A DNA stretch of 60,819 bases, filler included, from Porpidia crustulata (Eukaryota), in NCBI GenBank assembly GCA_964255105.1. It is 10 parts of 10 records of this genome, joined end to end, with 100 filler letters (N's around TTAATTAATTAA, not from the genome) between each part and the next. Parts side by side here need not be neighbours in the genome. Positions count along the whole stretch, not along the records: positions 12,219 to 18,223 come from CAXUWE010001656.1; positions 18,324 to 24,324 come from CAXUWE010001657.1; 8 more parts are not named here. One strand, 5' to 3'. The notes under the pieces were generated by a model. It had not been told where the DNA came from. It ran no database searches and was given only the letters and a program-made list of their open reading frames with translations. Shown here piece by piece: positions 12,219-24,424 of this stretch (the first letter of the stretch is position 1; each line of letters opens with the position of its first letter). A program made the position numbers and the translations under genes.

Positions 12219-15200
12219 CTTTAAGATCTTCTCCTCTAGGGTACCCCGCGTGATCAAGCGGTACACGTTGACGACCTTCTTCTGCCCGATGCGATGTGCG
12301 CGATCCATGGCCTGCAGGTCCTTTTGCGGGTTCCAGTCGTGCTCGACGAAGATGACCGTGTCGGCACCTGTCAGGTTCAGGCCGAGCCCGCCGACGCTGG
12401 TGGTGAGGAGTAGGACGTCGTAGCTGGGATCAGTGTTGAATTGGTTGACAATGTTCTGGCGCTTGTTGGCCTCGACGCTACCGTCGAGGCGGAGGTACTG
12501 CACTCCGGGTAGGAGTTTACGCAGTACGTCGGTCTGGACTATGTCGAGCATTTCTTTCATTTGGCAGAAGATCAGGGCGCGGTGCTGGGAGACGTAATTG
12601 GTTTCGGGTGCGAGGTCACCGGAGCTGCTGGTAGTGTCGGAGCCGATGCCACAGTCGACAAGGAGGTCACGGAGGGCGGTAAGTTTGGGGGCGTGGGCGA
12701 TGTCTTTGAGGTTGGAGTGCGAGCGGGCGAGTTGGGATTGGATGGCATCGTATTGCTTATGGCCTTCTTTGACGACGAGGGAGGGAGAGTTGCAGAGTTT
12801 GCGCATGTATTGGAGGGCTTGGAAGATGTGTTGTTTGGCTTCTTTATCGTCGCTGCCAGCGCTTTCGGCAAGGGTTTTGCGCTCCTTCTTGGCGAAGTCG
12901 TCGAAAAGCTGCTTTTGAAGGTCACTGAGGTCGCAATAATAATTTTGGAGGATCTTAGGTGGAAGGTCGTCGAGAACTTCTTCTTTGAGCCGACGAAGTA
13001 GGAATGGGAGAACTTGTTTATGCAGAGCCTCAATGGCGAGGGCACCGGCTTCTTGTTCTTTAGAAGATGACTTACTGTAACGCGACGCAGCGATAGGTTT
13101 GGCGAACCGGTCAAGAAATACCTTTTCAGTGCCTAGGAAACCCGGCATTAAAAAGTCGAAGAGTGACCAAAGCTCCAGGACGTTGTTTTGTATGGGCGTG
13201 CCGGAAAGGATGAGGCGATGGTTGCTACTGATACGTTTAACGGCTATGGTAGTCTTAGCTCTAGGATTCTTGATGAGATGCCCTTCATCTAAAACACAAT
13301 AATTCCAGTTATGTGGCAGGAAAACATCAACATCATTCCTGCAGACATCGTACGATGTGATGACTACATCAGTCTTGCCTATTTGATCCCTTAATCGTAT
13401 CCTGTCTGACGCAGGCCCTACGTAAGCCAAGCAGGACAAAAATGGCGCATAAGTCTGAATCTCTTGCTGCCAATGACCCGAAAGCGTTGGCGGGCAGACT
13501 ATGAGTGAGGACAGACGCCGTGAATCGGAAGCCTGCGTTTTTGCAAATTCTTCAGCTCGAAGGTGATGGTCGCTCGCCATAATGCAGAGCGTCTGCAATG
13601 TTTTGCCAAGACCCATGTCATCGCAAAGAATACCATGGAGATGATAGCGATTGAGGAAGGCTAGCCAGTTGACACCTTCTTGTTGATACGTTCTGAGTTC
13701 GGCTTTAATGGTCACAGGCACCTCGAAAGGCTGCACTTTCTTGGGATCAAGCATTTGCGAGATGAATTGGCGCTCACGATCTCGGCCTTTTAACAGCTTG
13801 TCAGGTAGGCCGGGCGGATCAGGTATACCTACTTCCAGAGGGACGAGCTTGACAAGGGTCGCAAAGGTAGTGGTTGCTATCAATCGAACGTCGTTGTCCG
13901 AGTCGCTCATTCGGCCGAGTACGGGCACAATAAGGAATATGACATATGGTAAAATGCTTTCTTCCATGACATGAATGATGTGGTATACGAGTTCGATGAT
14001 TCCTTGGCGAGGATGTATTTCTGAGGAGCCGATGAAAGGGAGTATGTCCTCAACAAGCGTTGTCATGCCTTGGATCCTTAAAATACTACAGATTGTAGCA
14101 AAACACTTCGCTGCCGCATAGCGGAAAACGGACAGCGTGCTTCGTAAGGCTTTTGCTACCAGTGGCATCAGTTCAATAGCGAAAGGATGAAGATCATGAT
14201 GCATGCCAGGCAATAAAGCTCGCAATATGGATAGACCATCGACTACATCCTGGCCAAGTTCTATATTACTCTCATTGACCTCCATCGAGACGTCCTCCCC
14301 AAATACTTGATGGAGAGGGGATCCGATCTTGGTCCTTAGCACAGGCGCTTTGATGAGCAGATCTTTACCAAAAGTCTCAGTAATCTGGTCAAACGCCTCT
14401 TTCGCACCTCGTCTTGTAATCCGGGCGGCTCTCGCCTCCATTTCATACTTGAGCGCGTCAGGATGATCTCGACGATCCTCCTCCTTCCGAAGCGAGAGCA
14501 CGGAATCTTGGAGACTCGCATTGGGTCCAAACTCTGGCGTTTCAGAAGTATCAACACAATAAAACTTCATCAGATTCACAATAACTTTGTCGGCAGGCCC
14601 GCGGCGCTCGGAATTAGCGTAGTAGCTCATCAAGGAGGCTATCGAAGCAGCCGATCGTTTTTGCAACTCGAATTTCTCTTCGGTCTTGACGCTGTCCATT
14701 AGCCCTTTAATCACCAGGCTTGGTTTCTTTGGGACGTCGTTGAAAGCCACAATGGCACCAGATGCGGCTGCCCTAATACGTATATCTTTTTCAGCCTTAG
14801 CTTGCTTGGCATCTTCAATAGCCGTTACAGCAGTCGCCCGAGCGTCATTCAATATCTGTAATGACGTTATTCGCTGGGCCGGTGTCAACGACTTCTTCAA
14901 ACGCTCAAAATCTTGCCCGACTACGGTATCAGCATTGGCAATTGAAAAAGCAGAAGGACCTGCTCCCGTCTCGCCCTGGACTACAATAGCAAGGTTTGGG
15001 ATCTTTGCAGAGGAGACGTGGCCTTGATCCCTGAAAGCATTCAACAATGAGTGGCATTGCGCTCTTGCAATTCTCAGATATGGTAGGAGGTCATCATAGC
15101 TCTCAGGTCGGTCCTCCTCAAGCACATTTCGAAGCGGTTCACTAAAACGGCTGACTGTTTCAGCAGCGTTGGGCGAAGCACTAGCATACTCTTCTATGAT

Positions 15201-17877
15201 GATGGCAGTCGTCATTTGAGTTGTCGAGAACGGGGATCTTAGCCGAGAAACAAGATCCTCAAAAAAGGATTCCAATGCCGGATTCTGCTGCCAGAGGGCT
15301 AACGCTCTGCCAAATGCCTTTGCTGCAAATATTCTAGATCTTATCAGCGTTTCGGCACCTACAAGATCGATGTCGCCCTGTATCATATGTCCATCAACGT
15401 TATGGGATGAGGGTGATGGTTCTTCCTTTCTGTCTGAGCGCCTCCTTCGTTTGGGTGCTGGCTCACTGCTTTGATGCGGCGTTGGTCTGCTATTCGTAGG
15501 GTTCGGTAGAGCGAACATCTGCCCCGAAGGCTTCATCAAGAGGGACATGTCCATGGGAATTGAATATCGTGACGTCCCTATAGGATGCGTTGTTAGATCG
15601 AAAAGATCTGGAGCATGCGGCAGGAACTCAGAAGTGAATCGGTCGGCATCTTGATCAATCAGGGCATTCGCAAGAGAATACCATACTTCAAGAGATAGCT
15701 TGAGCACAGCTTCGTTTCGTTCCACCAGTAGATTCTGAAAAACAAGCCGCAATATCTTGCCGTTAACCCAACCCTTCGTGCCTCCCCCTCCGATTTGAAG
15801 AAACGTTTGTAACGCCCTGAGCACGGCTAACCGCACACTGGTAATCGTATGTCTGAGGAATGGATAGAGTCGCGGAACTAGGTGGGTAAAAGAATGCTCG
15901 GGATCTTTGGCCGCGTTCTGCTTCATAGCAGCGAGTACCTCTGGAAAGCTGCAGAGTTTGGCCAAGAGGTCCATGACAGACCCGGTACTAGCACTCAAGT
16001 CGTCCCGAAGATCTGATAGACAATCCCACACGATGTTCATAAGACCGTCAAGAGCTGCCGGACGAAGCACTACAAAATCTTTTGCTATAGGCGTCAGTGT
16101 GGCTGCGCTCACAGCACGGACGTCGTCGTCGAAATCTCCGAGTCCAGTCATCACTGCCTCAACCACGCCGTCCATCAACCCATTATCTTTGACAAGTAGA
16201 TCATTTCGAACGGCAACCAAGTACCGCAGACCGATCATCCCTCCATGGCAGACTTCCCATATCCGATGACCGATTTTTAGATCTCTTTGCATTACCATCC
16301 GGTAGAGCACCCGGTAGACCGAAGTCACCAAAGCAGGCATTAGGTGAACCATAAGCGCCCCAAGGGTTTGCCCAACAGTCTCTCGAATGGGTGCTACGAC
16401 ATTGTCCGATATGTAATCGCCGAAGCGATCAAGCATAAACACGCAGCAAAGTCGACAAGCCAGGTTGTCCAACCATCGGGCGTTGAGCGCATTGTTGAGA
16501 AGCTTGGTTTTACCGCGAACACGCCCGGCTCCGGCGCCGTGGACTCGAATGACTTCTCGCAGGCCCATGGCCGCGCCATGCCGGATTTCCCAATTTTGGT
16601 CAAACATGTCGACCATCAATACCTCGCACAACCGTTCAAAAGGCCACTCGAGCCCTTCTTCTTCAGCCTCGGTTTGTAAGACTGACTTCTCTGATAATAT
16701 CGATCCTTTAAAGTCGGAAACAATCTTCGCATCCTCATCAATGTCGGTTCGGTCCAGAGAGAAGACATCAGCATGAACGTCATTCTCGTATTCGTTCTTG
16801 ATTTCTGTTTTGATCCCGTAAGGCTCAGCGGTGGAAGGTGTCGTGGATGTGGCGCTGCTGGGTCTGCGAATCGACAGGTCGACCACACGGACTTTACTCG
16901 ACTGGCTTTTTGCATTCAACTTGTTCTTTCTTTTCAGCTGATTCAGTTGGCGTTTACTGAGTCCTGTCTCATCCGTGGGTGTCTGAGAGAACGAACCTCT
17001 GGGCGAAGCCGCTGTGTAGGGCGAAGGCGACTGTACATGTTGATGGCCAAATAAGGCGCTAGATGAAGTATCTACTCGAGGTAATCCACTTTTTGAGTTT
17101 GCCTTTCGCCGCAAGTCGGCGGTCACCAGGTCCTCCTCAAGGGTTAATCCTTCAATCTGTTCACCTAGAAGTCCCAACCTTGCATTTAGGCTCGATTTCT
17201 GAATTGCAAGCTTCTCCCCCGGTTCCAGCGCGGCGAGAGCATAGTCGTGCTCCTTACCAGCGCTACCGAGTAGCTTCTTACCATAAGTCAATATGGCTGA
17301 AATATCCAAGGTATCCAGCTGTAGCTGATCCTGGGCCAGGGGAACATCGGCCAGAGTCGGACTACCAGTTCCAGGGTCATGATTCTCCAGCGTCGCTTCA
17401 CTCGAGTCATCGCCAGAGACTACGCTGTTGGGCTCAAACAGACCGGCATTTTCGACCACGCCCCCAATTGCTTTGGCGGCAGCTGTGCGCGTGTCCCAGC
17501 TTTTGCACCTCAAGAACGGGAGCACTCGGGTCAGCAGATTAAACAGTTCATCGGGATGTTGTTTTTGAACATCGGCGAGTTGCTGGGCAGCAGTGTTCCG
17601 TATGAGCTGTGTACTGCCTGTTTCGAGTAATCTGTTTTGCGTACGTACCTAGTCAGACGTGATTCGTTGATTGGGACTACCTTAGGGTTTCACCTACGTG
17701 ACTAAGCGGTCGAGCCTAAAATGGACGACACGTGATGATTAGCAGTCGGCCACATAAATTACCCTTGTGGTACGTGCTAAGACCATCGATCCTTTCAACC
17801 AGGACCAGGGGATTAGGAACTGGAAATGAACAATGACAACAAAGATCATAGTAATTAACCACATACCTCGAGGTCAT
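12219..17877 (-). CDS. MOT1: TBP-associated Snf2-family ATPase Mot1/BTAF1 (3' truncated); micro-exons 17877-17867 and 17715-17698, then long exon from 17631
   Basis: Spliced start MTSR-LDRLVT-LLETGSTQLIRN, HEAT-repeat region (DRFGDYISDNVVAPIRET), and Snf2 motifs LCDDMGLGKT, LDEGH, SGTPIQNN, GGLGLNLTGAD and QAMDRAHRIGQ. Confidence 0.97.
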
Positions 17878-18223
17878 AGCTTCACACCCGAGGGAAGATT
17901 TCCCGTGATTACTACCTCCGTCTATGGTCGTTGCCTTTCCAATTTGTCTGTCACTGAAAGCTGAGGTATCTTGAAATTATGCTGTAAAATAGTGAGGCTC
18001 GTCAATATGCACAATTAACATGATGTCGATTAATAATGATTATCATCACCCAGAGATCATTCTTGGATTGATGGTAGAAAATATTCGTACTCGAAAAGTA
18101 AGTAATCAGGAATAAGCGGATGGGGCTGGACGTATTCAATGTGTCTATATTCCCATTAATTTTGGCGGCGAAACGGGCAGTTGGTTGTGCAGGTCGCTTT
18201 TTAGTTTAGCAGCCTATGGGACA

Positions 18224-18323
18224 NNNNNNNNNNNNNNNNNNNNNNNNNNNNNNNNNNNNNNNNNNNNTTAATTAATTAANNNNNNNNNNNNNNNNNNNNN
18301 NNNNNNNNNNNNNNNNNNNNNNN
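18224..18323. other. Artificial contig-joining linker
   Basis: N44-TTAATTAATTAA-N44. Confidence 0.98.
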
Positions 18324-18613
18324 CATTACATCATCCAGCACCAACTCGGCTTCACCCACGTCATCCGCCCAACCTTGAACGCCGGCGACGCACACAGGTT
18401 CTGCGCCTCGACGGCGGGGATGGCGATGGCGGCCGGGTAGGCTTGGTAGACGGTGTTGGTGTCTTTGTCGTAGAGCGCGCGGATCTGCCGCTGCGGTGTG
18501 GGTTCTCTGGTGGTAGCTGGGCGATGGTGAGCGGGAATGTCATCGTGGACGCGACTGTGGTTGGCGTGGTTCGCATGTTTGGCGGGAGATTCAGTATGAT
18601 CCAACAGCGACAT
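18324..18613 (-). CDS. DUF4291 family protein, 5' part (truncated at contig end)
   Basis: RQIRALYD..T.TVYQAY...IA..AV and RMTWVKPSWCWMM, followed by a GTAATG donor at the contig edge. Confidence 0.8.
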
Positions 18614-19324
18614 TTTCAGCGCGTTTTACTGTCGGCGGATGGAGATGATCTCTGGTTGATGGGGGAGCCAGGCTGAGATGAATTATACCCTTCAGAAGAT
18701 TTTGCGCCCCCACGGGTTGCTTGTCGTGTGACTCATTTCGCGATCTTGGGCCCCCGAGCTGGTAATTCTAGTCTTTGGGTGTGAGAGGGAGGACTTAGCA
18801 GCGAAATGAATCGAGCTTTGGTGTAGGTCGCGTCGTTTACGTTTTTCAAATGGCCGTTGTGTCGGTTGTGTTTTCTCCCAATTCGTTAATCCGGGGAGTC
18901 GATCTTGAAATGCACGTCGACTTTTGTTCTTGATGCTCAATTCGACGATTTTAGAAACGATATGATAAAGTTATGTGCGAAAGATACAAATGTCACAAAA
19001 GCATAATGAAAAATAGAACAGAATGTGAAGAAAGGTGAAACGAAGATCGTGTAGACAGAGAGAGCTAAGATACGCAGGCGATATCTTTCCACAGACACAG
19101 CAACAAAAGGAGAAGAGATAGCAGAGAGAAGATACATCACGCCGGCGGCTTGTTCACTGTAGTCAGCTGTACGCAAGCAGTCAAACATCCCGCTCGAGCC
19201 TGCACAAACTAATTCAGTCTGAACAGAAACAAGAGTCTCACCTTGACACAAAGTTGACACATCTGTAAACGTCATTTCTATTTCTACAAAACCACACAAC
19301 ACTATTCCCACTCACCCAAACCAC

Positions 19325-21446
19325 TTATAGTGCCTCCCCCGGCGCCAGCCGCCATGCCCGCAACGGCAGCGCCTGCAGCTTCATCGCCGCGGGTCGGATA
19401 TATACCCAGAACGTGACCACGCCAATGATCACGCACACGACGTTGGTAATGTAATAGCCGTCCCTCGATATGGTGCAGGTTCCTCCGCCCTCCGTGCAGC
19501 GGTGCTTTTCGGCCTCGGCGACACAGGAGAAGGCGGTGGTGATGAGAGATCCTTTCAGCTCTTTGGGAGGGTCGAGGGGAGGGGCGCAGGTGGCAACGGT
19601 GAAGGCATCAACGAGTTTGAGGATAAAGAAGCGGGGAAAGGTGCCGCCAAGGTTGGAGACGCTCGAGGATGATAGTTGTTAGTTAGGTAGGTTCAAGGGA
19701 GAATTGAAGACGTACGTTGCCAGGAGGGTCATGTAAGTGCCTCCGATGGCTGGGTCTGCGATTTTGGCGTGGAATGCGGAGATGGCAACGAACATTACGG
19801 TGTTGGTGAAGGTGGAGAAGATGTGTTCGGCGATCACTGTCAGGAGGTACCATGTCTGTACCCCGTCTTTCGGGAACAACATGACTACCCCTTGAGCAGC
19901 AACGGCTGCTAAGAGTCTACCAATGAAGGCCCAACACCAGACGTGGATAGGTGGATAGGCGGTGGACCAACGTCCAGCATAGTAACCCAGACCAATCTCA
20001 AAGGGAAAGTCGATAAGGACGGTAAGGGCCATGTCTTCTTGGCTGAAACCCTTATCAATAAGCTTGAGGTTTGTGACCCCATCATTGGCTTGGAATCCAA
20101 TTTTAGCGATGAGATGGATTATTATAATACTTTGAATGTTTTTGAGTCTTAAAACACCAAGCATGCTTTTATAAACCTCCGCGATCCCATCTCGTTCCTT
20201 CGTCTTATCTTCCCTCTTCAGAATGGCGAGGCCAAGTGTTACCACAAGATATGCCCAGCCCCAAAACGTAAGGTAGCCACCAAGCGTCATTACTCCAACG
20301 TCACTAGGGAAGGAGCGGAACCATCTATTGGCGAAGTGAGGCGAGTTGAATGCTAAGAAGACTGTATATGACAAGAAATGGCCAGCAGTTAGGCCAACCG
20401 TTTGGGCAGTGGAAGCGTAAGATAGATTTTGAGGGGAAAGGAGTGTAAGAGCCCAGCCTAGATATCACCGTCAGTTCCCAGAACAACGTGATCTTCGAGG
20501 GGGGTCCCCTACCGTCTACAGCAATGTCCTGCGTAGCGCAGAGAAACACCAGGAAAAACCACCACCGGGTGAAATTCCAGACTCCAGCGCCATCGTTCGC
20601 CCCCGCCGCAATCATCATGTCTTTGATCCTCCCTCCGAGGTATATCATCCCTAATCCTGAGCAAATCTGTATTGGCATAATCCAACTTTTTCTCCTTCCC
20701 AGCGCCGGGCTCCATACCGCATCGACGATTGGACTCCATAACAGCTTCAACGAGTAGGGATATGACGCCAAGGAGAATACCCCTATCTGGCCGTAAGAAA
20801 GATGTGATTTTAGCAAGAAGGGCACGGATCCACCCGCTAGCCCCATAGGAATGCCCTGAAGAAAGTATAGTAGTACGAGAAGTAGAAAGTTCCGCCGATC
20901 TTGCCTGGGCAAATCGAAGAGGCTTGCGTTTGGATTTGGAGTCATTGGGGTCGGTGGTGGCTCATCATCGAGGCTGAAGTTTTCTCGGCCCATAAGGTGA
21001 GCTGTCTGTGATGCGGCTGTAGGATATTCCAGGGACGGGTCTTTCCGCCGCATCTCGAGGTGAGATCCCATGTCGCCGTTCGCGTGGCCGTTTTGGCCTC
21101 CAGAAGCCGTCGAAATTGGCCTATCCGGCACTTTGATTCTCGAATTTGGCGTCCTGCGTCCCATTTGCGGATCGTCTAGCAGATCTTCGGATGTAGAGGT
21201 AGGACTGACAGCTCGTTTTTCAGGATCTACTGGCAGATCGTGTATGTTCACTGGCAACGCTTTTTTGTTATGGTCTCCCTCGCTGTTTGCCCAGTGCCCA
21301 GTAGCGTCTACCTCTTTATCTATACTGCTGAATGGTCTCAATTCCAACTGACTGGAGGTACGATGCAACGGTAGACCAGCCTCAACTTGCGAGGGCACTT
21401 GGTGTACTCTATTATAAGGAAAGGACTCGCCGAATGAGGTAGGCAT
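19325..21446 (-). CDS. Acetyl-CoA transporter (Acatn/SLC33A1-like MFS); 3 exons (21446-20513, 20457-19716, 19661-19325)
   Basis: Motifs LLYFLQGIPMGL, YPYSLKLLWSPIVDA, ATQDIAVDGWALT and DPAIGGTYMTLLATVSNLGGTFPR. The start codon is uncertain. Confidence 0.92.
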
Positions 21447-22302
21447 CCATGTACTGGGGGCGAGTCTTAAACTAAGAACTCGCTGGCATCAAGAAAACTA
21501 CTAATTAGTCATTGGGCGCGAGGACCGCCTGCACTCTCTGCCCTAAACGAGTGTGGTCTAATCGGCAGATTCGAGTGGACTTTCGGCGCGCAGATATCGT
21601 CATTGGAACAGCAAAACGAAGAGGACACTCTGCGCTTTTACTAGCGCGTAATCGCGCTTAGACGGCTTACTTCAGGATCTTTTCTCATCTCGTCAAGTCA
21701 CAAGTAGCCTTTAACAGAGCTGCTACCATCTATATACATGTCTTTCAGAGGCACAGAACCATGATTTCATGAGGCTAGAAAGCCTTAAGTCGTTCGTCCG
21801 ATATGGATGCCAGACGCGACTTCTCCGAAACCCTCAACTCCACTACTTGTATGACATGTGTCCTTTCAGTACCACTGCCATAGCCAATACTGTATCAACG
21901 CCTTACTGCCATTCGTGGAAGTCTCTATCTAGATTCACGCCTGGTACTGCTCCTTTTCAGGCTTGCTAAGCACACCTGCCGAATTTTCCGTGCTCATCGG
22001 CAAACCCTTTCAAACTCGTCAATCATAGTGCTAACATCTCACCAACGTGGTATCTCTGCCTACCATCGCTGTATTATATGTGTATCAGCGCTTTTCTATA
22101 ACCACTTGCTCGCTTTGACAATGGAAAATCATGCTTGAGTATGCAGCTATCTTCCAACTGGAAACATCTTCCGATAACCAATCTTTGTCTTTCTATATAA
22201 CGATCCATACTGTTTGAGTTATATCATTATGACGCACGTTGTTCATTTTCACAAGTTCAATACCCTCATTCGTCAGATACAACATCTCGATGAACTCAAA
22301 GG

Positions 22303-23224
22303 CTAAATTGTCCCAAACTGTGCATATCGATTGATTTCCTCCTCGATGGTCCGGTCTCTCGCATGAACAGCAATACCGCGCGGGGTCATGGACTCTGGTC
22401 TGGCTACATTGTACTCGGGGTCATATCTCATGATTCGAAAACGCTTCAGCCGCCGGATCCCTCTCGCACCCCAGATGCAATTCTCCCAGTTCAAACGACG
22501 GACGGATGACGTCGGATATCTCATTCGGATCTCCAAGTCTTCCAAAGACTGCAGTCCTGCCAACGTTCTCCAAATAGTGTCATGTCGATCCATGAACGGC
22601 ACAACGAGTTGCACCGACCTGATCTGAGAGAGACATCTTTGAGGTATATCGACGCAGAACGCTCTAAGCGTTTTGAGCGTAAAGGAGAATGTGTTCTTCC
22701 CGTAGTACAACGTATATCCTTCTTGGTATGCTTGTCTTGAGGTCATCAATAAAGCAAGTCGAGAATGTCCGAGGGCCCGTTTCTCCGCCGATTGTTCTTG
22801 GCTTCGGTTGATGATACGGCCAGCAGGCGTCCTTTTTTGAGGTTTGGGACGACGATTGAAAGACTTTCCGTGGATCTTGATAGGCGTTACTTCTGTGATT
22901 CCAAGAACCATAATCTCATTACGGATCTCGGGAGGTAATGCAAAGAAACGGAATGGAGTTGGAATCTTACGAGAGTGCAGTCCGCAGGAACTTCTCGAAG
23001 CAGACATAGCAGGAGGCGAGGGAGATTGAAAATCTGTGATCCGGTCTACATACATGGTTTCGCATCTTTGTTTTCCAATATATAATGTCGGACACGGGCT
23101 CGTGACGCCGGTAGTGTGATCGTCTCTCTTGCTCTGTTCCACTGACGGAACAGAAGATCACGTTGTGAGTCTTCATCACGATGCCGACCATGCGCTGCAA
23201 ACACGGGCGACATCTTTTGGTCAT
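22303..23224 (-). CDS. Hypothetical protein with F-box-like/DUF7730-type N-terminal motif
   Basis: PFRFFALPPEIRNEI...LLMTSRQAYQEGYTLYYGKNTFSF pattern. The 5' end is either ATG 23055 or an upstream exon from 23224 spliced via GTATGT(23053)..AAG(22966). Confidence 0.7.
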
Positions 23225-23467
23225 TTCATATGTGTTTATAGACGGGCTGACAATAATTAGTATAGCTAAAGCACCCTCGTGGAGTACCTACCTATTCAAT
23301 CAATCAAACGCAAGATCGGAGTGATCAGACACTTATGTCATCCGACAGGGCTGATCATCTGATCATGGGCAACGCTTTCTCTCAAATCATCACGATATCC
23401 TGAAATGCCACGTCTGGGACTCTACGCTGAAGGAATGGAACGAATGTCAGTTCGCCATCCTTCATTA

Positions 23468-23660
23468 TCCTCTGCATTCACGTCAAGCGACTGGACAATT
23501 ATCAGTCAACCATCGCGACATTAAAGGGCTGACGGTGCCGCATTTGGCGGTTCCGTGCAGGGAGATGGTATCTCCTCTGCATTTACGTCGAAGGCCTTGA
23601 CAATCACCAGTCATACCACCGCGACGTTAAAGGGTTGACGGTGCCGCATTTGGCGTTTCC
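23468..23660. repeat. Imperfect tandem direct repeat, two ~87-nt copies, period ~105 nt
   Basis: 23468-23554 and 23573-23660 share TCCTCTGCATT.ACGTC...TTAAAGGG.TGACGGTGCCGCATTTGGCG.TTCC. Confidence 0.9.
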
Positions 23661-24324
23661 AAGCCTCAAAATAGCACTAGCGAGGTAACTTTTGCGGCAC
23701 CCAGAGAACGAAGGTGATGTCGGGGCAGGGGAAGGCGTCAAGAGAGGCACTGGTGAGGGAGGTTCAGTGGAGCGGCAAAGCAGAGGTGTGGCTTATGAGC
23801 GCTAGAGATGAAAAATTTCGCAGTGAAAGCATAGTGTCAGGAATAAGGAAATCCTATTTCCATGCCCATCTCACCCATACCTCTTACATCCAAAATCCCA
23901 TTCCACAACTCCTAAACCCTATACATCTCAAATCTCCCACCCTCACAATCCCGTCTCTTTCCCCCAAACCAATTCTCTCCCGCTACTTCCATCACTCCGA
24001 CCGCGTCCCCCCGTTACGTCCCTCTCAGTTCCCTAGTCCGACGTGTGTGATTTATGCTTGCACTCGAAAGGAGCTTCTTGGTGCTGGATTGATGCTGTAT
24101 ACTCTGGAGCCTGCATCTGCCGTTGGCTTACCGCAATACCAAGGGGCAGTGGTACGGGTGGGGACATAATGGAACTTGTGAAACAGGTGCCGTGAAACTT
24201 TTTGTACCCCGCGTCCTCTCACTGGTTTATCACGACGATTTTGACGGGCGATTTGATACGTGCCTTATTTGTCGTTCTTTTAGGTATGAGAGGGTGTGAT
24301 GGTTGGAGAGGTTGAGATTGGGAT

Positions 24325-24424
24325 NNNNNNNNNNNNNNNNNNNNNNNNNNNNNNNNNNNNNNNNNNNNTTAATTAATTAANNNNNNNNNNNNNNNNNNNN
24401 NNNNNNNNNNNNNNNNNNNNNNNN
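24325..24424. other. Artificial contig-joining linker
   Basis: N44-TTAATTAATTAA-N44. Confidence 0.98.

Noticed and set aside
23714..24169. 151-aa ORF across the G-rich/C-rich region
   Set aside because: Non-ATG first codon in the track, composition explained by nucleotide skew, and no motif.
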